64,000 bases of DNA from Podarcis cretensis (taxonomy: Eukaryota). The notes beneath the pieces are model-generated. The model saw only the letters and a program-made list of their open reading frames with translations. It had not been told where the DNA came from and did not search any database. Positions 36,206-48,158 of the stretch are shown one piece after another (position 1 is the first letter of the stretch; the number at the start of each line of letters is the position of its first letter). The position numbers were made by a program, and so were the translations under genes. The DNA lies in NCBI GenBank assembly GCA_951804945.1, contig OX638162.1, positions 34,782,001 through 34,846,000 of the forward strand, given 5' to 3'.

Positions 36206-36540
36206 CAGTGGTTCCCCGCAAGACGAATGCCTCGCAAGACGAAAAACCCGCTAGACGAAAGGGTTTTCTGTTTTTCGAGGTGCTTCGCAAGACGAATTTC
36301 CCTATGGGCTTGTTCGCAAGACGAAAACGTCTTGCGAGTCTTGTGATTTTTTTCGCTTTTTTCTCCCTTTTTCTAAGCCGCTAAGCCGCTAAGCCGCTAA
36401 TAGCCGCTTAGCCACTAAGCTGCTAAGCCACTAATAGCGCTAATCCGCTAAGCCGCTAATAGGGTTGCTTCACAAGACGAAAAACCGCTAGACGAAGAGA
36501 ATCGCGGAACGGATTCTTTTCGTCATGCGAGGCACCACTG
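36206..36540. mobile_element. Tc1/mariner (Tigger/pogo-like) MITE nested in the Chapaev3 element
   Basis: Termini TA|CAGTGG...CCACTG|TA with inverted ends and an internal (TAAGCCGC)-type tandem array. Same family as 13060 and 17972, in the opposite orientation. Confidence 0.9.
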
Positions 36541-36579
36541 TACACGTAAATTGCATGTTGCTTCACCATTTTTCAAACT

Positions 36580-37935
36580 TCAGGGCTTGAACTTCCATTT
36601 CTTGGAACTCCTGGGATGTTCAGCGGCAGGGAGGTCTCTCTTCAGAGTCCAACAGTAGTCAGCCATCATGACTGCGTCCCAGCGACCCTGATACCTGGTC
36701 TCCATCTCTTTCATGTCCTGATGGAATCTCTCCCCCTGCTCGTCACTCATTAAACCCAGTTTCTCAGGAAACCGGTCCATATGTGAAAATAGGTAGTGCA
36801 TCTTGACGTTCATGTTGCAGCCCAGGTTTCTGAAAGCAGTCAGCATGTTGTTGACAAGTTCTGCGTAGTTTCTGGCCTTATTCTTGCCAAGAAAGTTCTT
36901 CACTACCAGAACAAATGCCTTCCATGCTTCCAGTTCCACTTCGTTCATTGACTTTCTGAACTCTGGGTCTCTGATGAGCTGGCGGATCTGAGGACCGTCA
37001 AAGATGCCAGCTTTCAACTTCTCTATGGTCAGTCCTGGAAAAGCCTGGCACAAGTAAGTAAAGCAGTCACCATCCTTGTCCAGAGCCTTGGTGAACTGCT
37101 TGATTAAGCTGAGCTTGATGTGCAGTGGTGGGAAGAATATTCTGTTTCTGTCCACCAGAGGGTCGTTGATCACGTTCCTTTTTCTGCAAGGCACCAATTC
37201 CTCCCGCACAGGCGAGTCCTTCTTCGTGTAATGCTGAGCACGGTCCCTACTAACCCACATGCACAGAAAACATGGGTACTTGGTGAAGCCAGACCGTTCT
37301 CCCAACAAAAAGTTCACCATCTTCAGGTCAGCACAAATAAACCACTTATGCTGATCATAACTAATTTTCTCCAGCACATACTTCACCGCTTCATAGTTCT
37401 CCTTTAGTGTACTCGAGTGAGCCAGGCATATAGAGGCAAACTGGTTGCCATTGTGTAGCAGAACACATTTCAGTGATTGCTTGCTGCTGTCAATGAACAG
37501 TCTCCAATCTTTGGGTTTGTACTGTGGCACTCCAAGATTGAGCAGAAGCTGCGCAATATCTGCACAGTACACCAAGTCCTTCTCTTCCGAGAAAAAATGG
37601 AGGTACTCTTGATGCCTGTTGCGGAAGAAGCTGATGTGAGCACTGTCAGAGGAGGTTTTTTTCCTTCAATCTGGATACCAACAGTTCGGCAGAGTCCTTT
37701 GACAAGCTGAGGTCATGAACTAGATCATTCAACTCCTTTTGGGAAAATGTATGTGGAGCATCATCTTCAAGAACCACTTCTTCATGTCCTTCAACACTGG
37801 AGGCATCTTCGCCACTAATGTCAGGAAGTTCTCCAAAGATAGGCACTGGAATTTCATCACAATGAGCTACAGGACGACGTGCTGATTGAAGATCAGGATA
37901 CTTGAGGCTGCTCCGGTTCTTTCTGTTGATCCCAG
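36580..37935 (-). pseudogene. Chapaev3 transposase with intact C-terminal catalytic core (ORF 36580-37575, 331 aa), a frameshift near 37650 and no N-terminal Zn-finger region
   Basis: Motifs WRLFIDSS, CADLK, YPCFLC, PPLHIKL, GIFDGPQIR, KMHYLFSH, SDEQGERFHQD and MMADYCW are typical of Chapaev3 transposases. The upstream frame reads GINRKNRSSLKYPDLQSARRPVAHCDEIPVP...ELNDLVHDLSLSKDSAELLVSRLKEKNLL, then shifts frame in a CTCCTCT run. Confidence 0.88.
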
Positions 37936-38492
37936 CTGCACCAATTTATGGAAGATTTCGAGGTTTTATGACTTCAAACTGATCCCTTTTCGACATAATC
38001 ACCCAGAACTTTCGGACCTGAATACTTCTTGTCATTAAAATAATCATTTCCAATCAAAAAAATTATTCGACATGGCATTTTACCCCCACCAACTTCTTCT
38101 AAAATGCTCCACACAAGCGTACATGTGAACAAAAACAAAAAAAAATGACATGTGGCCATAGCTCAAAAACATGACCTGATTGAGCAAAACCAATGTGATT
38201 TTTGGATTCAGCGCATCAGATTCATCCTAAATCAACTGAAAAAACGCAGACAACAAATTTGTTGTTGATCAGTGATATCTTTTTTAAACAACAGATATTT
38301 ATACCAAGATGTTTCCAACTCTCCCAGAAACATTTCTTTTTCACAGAACCTGCTATTTTTTGCCCCCCAAATTGAAATAAGTGAATATTTTGCACAGCTC
38401 CATTTTCACAACACACTCCCATTCATTTCCCCCCTGAAATGTCAGTGTAACAGATGTGGTCAGCAACAGCTGGTGGGGTAGTGCATGTAGGG

Positions 38493-38621
38493 AAGGCATG
38501 GCCAAACTTGGCCCTCCAGCTGTTTTGGGACTACAATTCCCATCATGCCTGACCACTGGTCCTGTTAGCTAGGGGAGTTGTAGTCCCAAAACAGCTGGAG
38601 GGCCAAGTTTGGCCATACCTG
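38493..38621. mobile_element. Palindromic hAT MITE (same family as 31554)
   Basis: Inverted arms GGCCAAACTTGGCCCTCCAGCTGTTTTGGGACTACAA, with a perfect 8-bp TSD ATGTAGGG. Confidence 0.9.
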
Positions 38622-39033
38622 ATGTAGGGTGACACTGCACACCTGGCTTCCGAATGGTGAAATTTGTTGCTGCTCCTTACTGAGAAGGCAAGGGGCAAGG
38701 AGCTCAGGGCGAGGGGCAAGGGGGAGCAGTAGCAAGGACATTGGATTGGTTCTGCCATGGCAATTGCACTGTGTTGAGCTCTCTGGGGCTTGTCCATTTG
38801 GAACCCAGATGTGCACCATTGCTCTGCCTGCACCACCCCACAGACCAGCACTGGATTTGGTGCAGAAGCGATATCAGCTAAAGTGTATGAGAGCTGATAC
38901 ACAATATACCCTCTTAATATATTCCCATGCATGAACCATCAAGGGAGCATAAATAATGTGAAGATGCTATGACTTGTAAGATAGATAACACATTTTAAGG
39001 GATCCCTAATTTCCCTCCCCTATAGGACCAAAC

Positions 39034-39176
39034 TGGTTGGACAGTGTTCTCGAAGCCACAAACATGAGTCTGACCAAACTGCGGGAGGCAGTGGAAGACA
39101 GGAGTGCCTGGCGTGCTCTGGTCCATGGGGTCACGAAGAGTCGGACACCACTAAACGACTAAACAACAACAACAAC
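39034..39176 (+). mobile_element. BovB/RTE LINE extreme 3' end
   Basis: Ends ...GGTCCATGGGGTCACGAAGAGTCGGACAC...(CAA)n, with a 12-bp TSD ATAGGACCAAAC at 39022-39033 and 39177-39188. Confidence 0.9.
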
Positions 39177-40200
39177 ATAGGACCAAACAAGGACAGTGTT
39201 CTGCCAAGAATAAGTAGGCAGCAGAAGCAGGTGAACAGAGACCACCAGAGCATACACAATTGAGCAAACTGGCATCACATATCACTGTACATTAAACAAA
39301 AATCAAGCAACAGTCAAAGACCACTTTAATTACATTTCAAATTATATTGAAATATGGAACAATTTACTCAAGAAACACAGTTCCCAGATGCTCTTCATTA
39401 AAATGGAATGATCATCTGGCGGGGGCCCCAGGCCCACCCTGTGCTAGCCTCTGAGGGTGCACAAGACTCTTGTTTGTTTACAGAATTTATCAGGGTGATG
39501 TTGAACATTTCCACAGCAGTATGTGCTGCTATGCCTAAAACATACTACAAGACTGTATGCTTCTGGGACAGAGACCAACTCATGTCTGTATTCCATTCTG
39601 GGTTCCTGATAAATGTTCAACAGCAGCAATATGCCAAGGCTAAGTTTGTTTAATGTTGAGGCTAGGAGAATGTAATGACCAAGAGTGCAATCACAGATGT
39701 CCCCTCCTGCAATCTTATCACACTCTCCAAATAGAAGTCAGTATTCTGTCTCTCTATCTTATTTTACATAGTTATTGTGAGGATTACAGGGTAAAACACT
39801 TTCATCAGTTGTAATCTGCCATATAAATGGCACCATAGTGTTGCTATTATTAGGGTTGTGTTATGGCTCCAGATCCCAAACCGAATCCTGTCAAATCTGG
39901 TTGATCTGGGATTTGGCCACAGCAGGTTGAGGCAGCCCTGGATAATCCCCAATCAGATTCAGTCTCTGAGAATGTTCCAGGATTGGGGCCATGGCCAGAT
40001 GGTGTTGAAACGGGATGGAGACAGATGCATACAACTTGCATGTGTCTACTTTTTGGCTACTCCCCACAGCTGCTTATTTAATGAAGATTTCAAACCCTAC
40101 TTAAAGATGGTACAATGCCCCTCCCCATTCAATTTTGGGCCCAGATCCAGCTCTGGATTGTCACGGGTCAGATCAGGACCCAAATTGGATTGGGAAGGCT

Positions 40201-40675
40201 TTGTTGTTTAGTCGTTTAGTTGTGTCCAACTCTTCGTGACCCCATGGACCAGAGCATGCCAGGCACTCGTGTCTTCCACTGCCTCCTGCAGTTTGGTCAA
40301 ACTCATGCTGGTAGCTTCGAGAACACTGTCCAACCATCTCATCCTCTGTCATCCCCTTCTCCTTGTGCCCTCAATCTTTACCAACATCAGGGTCTTTTCC
40401 AGGGAGTCTTCTCTTCTCATGAGGTGGCCAAAGTATTGGAGCCTCAGCTTCATGATCTGTCCTTCCAGTGAGCACTCAGGGCTGATTTCCTTAAGAATGG
40501 AGAGGCTTGATCTTCTTGCAATCCATGGGACTCTCAAGAGTCTCCTCCAACACCATAATTCAAAAGCATCAATTCTTCAGCGATCAGCCTTCTTTATGGT
40601 CCAGCTCTCACTTCCATACATCACTACTGAGAAAACCATAGCTTTAACTATATGGATCTTTGTTGGCAAGGTGAT
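40201..40675 (-). mobile_element. BovB/RTE LINE 3' fragment
   Basis: The minus frame encodes the BovB-type ORF end (...RVPWIARRSSLSILKEISPECSLEGQIMKLRLQYFGHLMRREDSLEKTLML...). It has a CAA tail and an 8-bp TSD GGAAGGCT at 40193-40200 and 40676-40683. Confidence 0.92.
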
Positions 40676-42072
40676 GGAAGGCTACACATCCCTAATTATT
40701 AATATATTGCACAATATCTTGAATACTGGTGTCATTGGTATTGAGTCTTCTACTATGGCTGTTACAGCTGCTGTTGCTAACAACATTGGTACTGTATTAT
40801 TATTAATAATACTATTAGCAGTATGGTGGTGATAATGAAGAAAACCGCAACAAGTGTAAGCATTAATGTTAGTCTTTTGCTATCTAGAGTGAAAGCAACA
40901 CTTCTGTCCTATTTCAGAATTAGCTTTGAGTAAATGGTTACAAAGACAGCTCCAGCTGCCTATGTGGTATTCTGATGCCACCATTCTGGCTGGGTGATTC
41001 CTGATTGACTGGGATTGACATAGCCAGGAAGAGGTAGTAGCTGTTTTTTAAAAAAAAAACAAAAAAAACAAACAATATTCAGACAGATGACAATTATTTG
41101 GCAACAATCTAAGAGTTTTTATAGATAATAAGTTTGTCAGACTTTAGCCTGAAACTTCAAACCAAACAAACAAACAAACACTGGCTAAGAAGAGTTGCTG
41201 CTTCACCATCTATTGCCCATTTCTTTCTTCTTTAAAATAAATTTGTACAAAAAGATCCTCCCTCCTTCCCTCCTTCCCTTCCTTCCTTCCTTTTTAATAG
41301 AGTAGCACTTTAATAACAGTTCGAAGTAAATTACGTGAATGATGAGATGCACACTCATGAGTTCGAATCTCATCTCAGCCATGAACTCACTACATGGCCT
41401 TAGGCTAGTCTGTATTCCCCCAGCCTCAGTTTTCTAAGCTCAATATGGAGATAACACTACTACTTCTGTCTTTGAGACATGATGAAGCTTCATAATGCCA
41501 GAATAGCCAGATGTCAATGTCAGATAGTCCTTTATGAGAATTATGCAGGTGGCTAGAGCCTCTATCCCACACATCAAGCTTCCTTGATTAGGGAAGTGTT
41601 CTCAGTTCACCATTGATGAAAGAGACAGGACAGGAATCAGGGGAGACCAGAGACAAGGAAGGCATAGGAGGGCTAAAAGGAAGCAGAGGAGTCAAGTTTC
41701 TTGACTGGTTTCCCCCCCTTTCTTTTAGGTTTTTTATATATGCAAAACCACCTCTGTCCCGTAAACCAGGAAGATTCCAAAGAAAAGAGAGGAAATGAAA
41801 ATTCAAACCCTTTAGTTTTTTTTATATACTTTACAATAAAACATGAGTCCAATAATCATGTTATTCTTGCTTACAGTAATAATTTGCAAATCATACCTAT
41901 TTCTATTTTTAGGTATCACATGGAGACAGCCAAAAGGAAATCAGAATCAACAGGCTTCTTGGTTTCTGTAGCATTATTCTGGTCAAATATGGTCAAATGG
42001 CCCAAGGTTCCAGAGCTTGAACCAATAGCTTTGTGGCCTCGGGGAAGATCTGGCTTACTGAACCACCTAGAT

Positions 42073-42300
42073 CAGTGGTTCCCAACTCTTTTCTGGACAT
42101 GCCCTACCTAAGCATCTCTAAAATCCTGACACGCCCCCCCCCCGATAACATATAATTCTTATTATTCAAAAAGTGAACTCCTATTCACGTGGAGGAAACC
42201 TAAAAGGCCATTAACTGTTAATAGCTCATTCTCAAATTGCCCTCCTTAAAAATCAACCCCCCCCCCCGGTGGAGTGTGTGCCCCACATTGGGAACCACAG
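42073..42300. mobile_element. hAT (Charlie-like) MITE
   Basis: Termini CAGTGGTTCCCAA...TTGGGAACCACAG, with a perfect 8-bp TSD ACCTAGAT at 42065-42072 and 42301-42308. Confidence 0.9.
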
Positions 42301-43535
42301 ACCTAGATCCTTCTGTGCATAGAATAATCTTCTGGAAACGGGAGATTTCAACATTATCCCCTGTGACTTTCAGGCACTATGAAATCTCTGCATTGGCCGG
42401 GTCTGATATGAATAATATTAGCAGCATAGTTGTCCCGTGACTAGTCAACAGAGCATTGCCATCTTTTGCTTCCTGCAAAAGAGCCCCTCAAACCCTGGGT
42501 GATAAAACACTGTTCCCAGGTCCGGATTCTATCAAAGCTTCTTATGTCCCCAGCCTAACCACAGTCGAGCAAATAGTTTGAGTTTACTCATCTGACTTAG
42601 CATCAGCACACACCATTCTCAAGCATTCTCCATGGCTCCAGTGCAGAAGGGCTAACCACTAGCACATGCTACGAGCACTGCAATACAATGAGGACCAGGT
42701 GGCTAGGTTGGGAGGCCAGTGTTTGTCCACAAATTCATTGGTGCTGCTGTTACTTACTGAAAGCCCAACCAATCCCACTGTGAAGCATAAGGATTTGGTT
42801 TCCTGGCTCCTGGCCACAGCATGTCTGGAGATTGCTAGAGGGCCCCTGTAAGGAACACTGGTGGTGGTCAAGGGCATGGGACATTGCTATTTCAAATCAT
42901 CTAATGTACCACTGGAGTTAATAAAAGACACAGCTAAACATTCTGAATGCAATGGATATTTCGGGTCTCCCTGAAAAATGTCTGATTTTCACATGTTATG
43001 GCTGGTATTGTTTCTCTTTTCAGTCATGACTTTATTTTCAGTTGTAGATTCTGTGTTGCCTTTTACATTTTGTACTTTTTTGCTGAAACAAAAAAAGATT
43101 TTAACAACAACAACACAATGTTCTGCAATGCTCCCTCTGCAATGCTCTTAATGTCTGGGCATCATGGGAATTTTATCCAGCAACTTCCAGCAGGGATGGT
43201 CCGCACACTATAATTTTATTTTCTCTTTACACTCCTTGAGTGGTATTGCTCAAAGCTAAGGTATTGTAAGAAAATAAAATGGCACTCCACCAAAACACTG
43301 CTATGTGGATACTGACAAACAAAGGGCCTAGCAGACAAGTACTTTGCCAAGTCCTATCTCACATGTAGAACTAGCCCAGCAATCATCACAGGATAGCCTG
43401 CACACAAATATACCCAAAGGAATCATTTCTCACTAAAAGCATGAGCAGTGGATTTGGGGATACAGAAGCAGAAAGCAGTGTGTAGTTAAAGCAAATTATT
43501 TGCAACAGCACTTTGATTTTCACTTGCAAGTAGTA

Positions 43536-43731
43536 TAGGAAGGTGTGTTATACTGAACTGAGCTATTGGTCCATGTAGCTCTGTATTTTTATGCTGAATG
43601 GCAGCATAAACTGCTGCCAGATTTTCAGGCGGGAGTCTTTTCCCAGTCATACCTGGAGATGCTGGGGACTGAACTGGGGACCTTATACATGCAAAGCAGA
43701 TACTGTACCAGCACTGAGCAAAGGCTCTTCC
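43536..43731 (-). mobile_element. tRNA-derived SINE (same family as 10232)
   Basis: Reverse tRNA-like head (GGGACTGAACTGGGGACC...CATGCAAAGCAGAT...CTGAGC). Confidence 0.7.
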
Positions 43732-44245
43732 CTGCATTTACTGCAATTCACAGGAAAGGGCCTAGTGAATAATAAACTGATATAAGATGGGGAGCTTAAA
43801 ATTCACAGACAGTCTAGTTGTGAGGGTAACTGTAAAGAGGAGGAAGCTACCTCTACACTCCCAGAAATACTGCTGTTTGCCCAGTTTTCCCTCCAGTTTG
43901 GATGACAAATGCAGAGCCCAGATGCCAAGCTGTAAAAGTTATTTTTGAGGGGCTGGCATCTGGCACTTTGGCAAACGCCATGGACACTGTGTTGGCTCCT
44001 TGCCAATTGCCTCTGGGTTTTGTCAATGGGTTAGGATGCTGATGGAATTTTTGTCTGTCTTTGAAATGCAGGGGATTACCTGCAGTTCTTCTCTTTGCCT
44101 AAAAAGAAAAGTGACTTCCCACTTTCGTAAAGAGACACTGCTTTGAATCTGAAGAGAATGGTCACACAAACTTGATTTCAACAATAACATTACACTTCTC
44201 GCTTCTGTTCTATTTTTACTCAGTGTGAATCAACACAAGAGTTAA

Positions 44246-44503
44246 AAAGAAGAAGAGGAGGAGGAGGAGGTGTTTGGACTTCACATCCCACCTTTCACTC
44301 CCCTTAAGGAGTCTCAAAGCGGCTAACATTCTCCTTTCCCTTCCTCCCCCACAACAAACACTCTGTGAGGTGAGTGAGGCTGAGAGACTTCAAAGAAGTG
44401 TGACCAGCCCAAGGTCACCCAGCAGCTGCATGTGGAGGAGCAGGGAAGTGAACCCGGTTCACCAGATTACGAGTCTACCACTCTTAACCACTATACCATG
44501 CTG
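44246..44503 (-). mobile_element. MIR/Ther1-derived CORE-SINE (Squam3-like)
   Basis: Reverse tRNA head (...CTCTTAACCACTATACCATGCTGG), CORE-like GCCCAAGGTCACCCAGC and a simple-repeat tail (AAG/GAG)n. Confidence 0.7.
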
Positions 44504-45747
44504 GGGGGTGAAGGAGTACATCCAACTAAAGAAATGACACTAACACATTCTTTTGCCAATTCAATTTAGTTTTGGGTTCTCTGCAGATCAGCACTCAGGG
44601 GTCAGTTCAGTTTGGGGAAATTTGCACTAAAGTGTTGGTGGATATTTTATTGTGACTCAAGAAAATTATCACAGGCTGATGTGAAATTGTAGTGAACTGA
44701 ACTTAATATTGCAAAAATTAGAAACTGAAAGTGATTGACTGGTTTGCCCAGTCCCGACAGACACCATAATTTAAAAAACAAAAACAAAACTACATTTAAA
44801 TAAATCCAATACAGTATAAATTTAAAACAATTCCTAAATTGCATTTCAGAAAATTCTATTAGGAAAAGGTGACTTCATTTCAGAAACTCAGGGTGAATCT
44901 TCCAGGTCTAAAATCAGGAAACAGTATTCAAAGTTAGCTCTGCTGATATCCTGAGTAAAAGTCCAACAACCTGAACTGTTCTATGTTTCTGATTACTCAT
45001 GTGGATCAGATACATGTTGCATGCATTTCTTAGAAATCTTCCTTGCACCCTTGATGAATCATATGTACTGTACAATCTAATCAGGTACAGACCAAGGGTC
45101 AAATAACAGTGTAAAGGGGAACTGTAATCCTCTGCTGCCTTTAAAACAAAAACAAAACACCAAAATTGCTTGAGGCAGACTGTGTTGATGGGAAAAGGGT
45201 GGGGTGGATGCTTCCTCTTTTTCTTCTCCTGTAATAATACCTTTCAAATTTTCAAAACTCATCTCCCCCAATTGGGCTTTTCACCACCAAAAGAAAACCC
45301 TGCAAGCCAAAAACCAGCAAGGTTTTTTGGGGGGTGGGAAGGTGGGGTTCTGGAATAGAATCTGAGGTGAATTGCAATCTGAGGAATCTCAGACGTATTT
45401 TTTTTTTAAAAAAATGAGTTTCTTTCTGACTAATCTAAAGATATGTGGTTTTACTTTAGGGATTGTCTGTAGACCATTGGTTTTATGCTGTGTACTTTGT
45501 ATAAGTATGAGTAGCAATCACTAGGCTTTCTATGTAAAGTGCTGCTTTTATGTTCATAATATAGTTGCACAATTTTGCACCTGAAAATACTGAAGATTAT
45601 ACTAGGGTTACCTCCCCTCTGGGAAGTTACATCTATCTAACTGGTTCTAGGCCATAGACCTTTAAGATACCTAGCCATAAGGTATCTTTGTTGTAACTGG
45701 AACATAAGCATACCCAGTGATGTCAACTGAAGTTACCCATGAAGGTA

Positions 45748-46140
45748 AAAAGGTAAAGGTAAAGGTAAAGGACCCCTGACAGTGAAGTCCAGTCACAGAC
45801 GACTCTGGGATTGCGACGCTCATCTCACTTTACAGGCCGAGGGAGTGGGTGTTTGTCCGCCAACAGTTTTTCTGGGTCATGTGACCAGCATGACTAAGCT
45901 GCTTCTGGTGTAATGGAACACTGAAACCAGAGCAGTGCACGGAAACGCTGTTAACCTCCCTGCCAGAGTGGTACCTATTAATCTACTTGCACTTTTTGGC
46001 ATGCTTTTGAACTACTAGGTTGGCAGGAGCTGGGACCGAGCAACGGGAGCTCACCCCATCTCGGGGATTCGAACCGCCAACCTTCTGATCAGCAAGCCCA
46101 AGAGGCTCAGTGGTTTAGACCACAGCGCCACTCGCGTCCC
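45748..46140 (-). mobile_element. Sauria SINE
   Basis: Full length, with a perfect 15-bp TSD TTACCCATGAAGGTA at 45733-45747 and 46141-46155. Confidence 0.94.
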
Positions 46141-46757
46141 TTACCCATGAAGGTAGGTGAGGGTAACTGATGGCCCTAACCAATTACTAAAAAGCTTCCT
46201 TGGATGGGTTCTCTTTGCATCCCTAATCCCCACCTTAAAAAATTCAGCAAAGAAGGCAACTCCAGCTGGCTATTTTGCAACAATGTGGTTTCCAGATTCT
46301 TTTTGCTTTTTTTTGTTTTTTAAATCAAATCAGTTTACATGACAGTAATTACTACAACAGATGGGCCAGAAGCCAGAAAGTGGCATTGTACAGGCAATGG
46401 GCTCAAAATGCACCTGGGAGCTTATGTGTGTGTGGGGGGGGAGTAGGATGGGAGGGGGGATAAAGCCAGATTGTGCGCCAGCTGAGAATCTTGCCAGGGA
46501 GCATTTGCTGAGCAATCTTAGAAGTATCGGGAGCAGCCACAAAGCAGGAATCTCCACTGAATCTGTGCTAAAATGACAGGGGAGTGGGAAGAAGTGAGCA
46601 TCTCTGTATTACCATATTACAAAATGACACAACTGCTCCCACTCCGCTCTTGCTTTTCTTTCACTGCAGTTCAGGATTTTGTGTATGTGTATATATGTGT
46701 GGTTTTGCTCTTGGTTTCAGATCAATCATGTCAAATGTTGCATTAACTACTGGTACT

Positions 46758-47098
46758 CTGTGGGTTAAACCACAGAGCCTAGGACTTGCCAATCAGACGG
46801 TCGGTGGTTCGAATCCCCACGACGGGGTGAGCTCCCGTTGCTCGGTCCCTGCTCCTGCCAACCTAGCAGTTCAAAAGCACGTCAAAGTGCAAGTAGATAA
46901 ATAGGTACCGCTCCGGCGGGAAGGTAAACGGCGTTTTCGTGCGCTGCTCTGGTTCGCCAGAAGCGGCTTAGTCATGCTGGCCACATGACCCAGAAGCTGT
47001 ACGCCGGCTCCCTCGGCCAATAAAGTGAGATGAGCGCCGCAATCCCAGAGTCGGCCACGACTGGACCTAATGGTCAGGGGTCCCTTTACCTTTACCTT
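46758..47098 (+). mobile_element. Sauria SINE (slightly 5'-truncated)
   Basis: CpG-rich body nearly identical to the 30082 copy, with an (ACCTTT)n tail. Confidence 0.93.
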
Positions 47099-47188
47099 AT
47101 TCAAAACATATGAAGGAAGCAACTACACACACAAAATTGTAAAACCGTTTGTTCACTAAAGAACCTAGATAGTGGTAGATTTGACATA

Positions 47189-47525
47189 GGCTACACCATA
47201 CATGCATTTATCATTGTGCTCCATCATACCACTTTAAACAGTAATAGTTTCCCCAGAATAATTATGGGAACTGTAGCTTGTTGAGGGTGCTGAGAGTTGC
47301 TGGGAGAACTCAATTCCCTTCCCTGCATTACAGTTCCCAGAGTGGTTTAACGATCAATCACTATACACAGGGAACACTGGGCATTGTAACTTTATGAGTG
47401 GACAAGCGGTGTCCTAACAACTCGTAGCAACCTTAACAAACTATGATTTACCAAGATTCTATTATTCTCTGGGCGAAGCCATAACTGGTAGCATAGTGCT
47501 TTAAATGAATGGTGTGAATGTGGCC
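47189..47525. mobile_element. Palindromic PIF/Harbinger-like MITE
   Basis: ATA|GGC...GCC|ATA with long decayed inverted arms. A related fragment lies at about 49030-49238. Confidence 0.55.
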
Positions 47526-48111
47526 ATACTTTCTTCTTTCCATTTACATCTATTGAACAGGACCATATGAGAAGAAGGGAGTGATATTTTTAATGGAAGG
47601 GTCAAATTAGGGTTATTGTGCTACTATTGATACCATTTTGAACTTGCATATACATCAGAATACCTAACAGTGGTCAAAGCATGGACAAGTGTTTATTTAC
47701 CCATAGCACCCATTTTGAAGGATGGACATTCCGTTCAAAGCGGAAAACATTGCTGGACACACTGAGAATGCTTTGAATTCTGGATTGCTCTGAATGAACC
47801 CAATTTGCTTCAGAGTGACCTGGGACTGCCTCAATCTGATTTCAGGCTTGGCTTCCCTCACTTTCCACCCTGTTTTGGTTCTAACATTCTGAAATCCTTT
47901 GGTTCCCTTTGCATTTCAGGAAGAGTTGAGGATTTGGAGCTGCCTATGACAGATTATGCTCATGTGTTTTTAAGAATAAAAAGAATCACAGATTATTAGT
48001 TACATTTTATTTTATTTCTGATAACAATGAACCATGAATAACCAGGAGCAGAATCTGGCAGGAGTGTACACTGGGGCAACCTAGCCAGATGGGTGGGGTA
48101 TAAATAATAAA

Positions 48112-48158
<47 letters not shown>

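Larger units (their letters stand above)
36050..38274 (-). mobile_element. Chapaev3-type (CMC superfamily) DNA transposon, internally deleted, with a nested MITE
   Basis: Termini are CACTG (36050) and CAGTG (38274). The 3-bp flanking repeat ATA is at 36047-36049 and 38275-38277. The imperfect inverted ends (about 120 bp) share CACTG-N3-AACAA, TGTTGTCT, TGATTTAGG, GCTGAATC and ATCAGGTCA. The element contains a transposase ORF. Confidence 0.9.

Noticed and set aside
36580-37575. Interpretation as a domesticated RAG1-like host gene
   Set aside because: It lies within intact transposon ends with a TSD, has an upstream frameshift and no ATG start, so a recent TE copy is the simpler explanation.
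40236-40832. 198-aa plus-strand ORF
   Set aside because: It is the antisense reading of the BovB fragment, not a gene.
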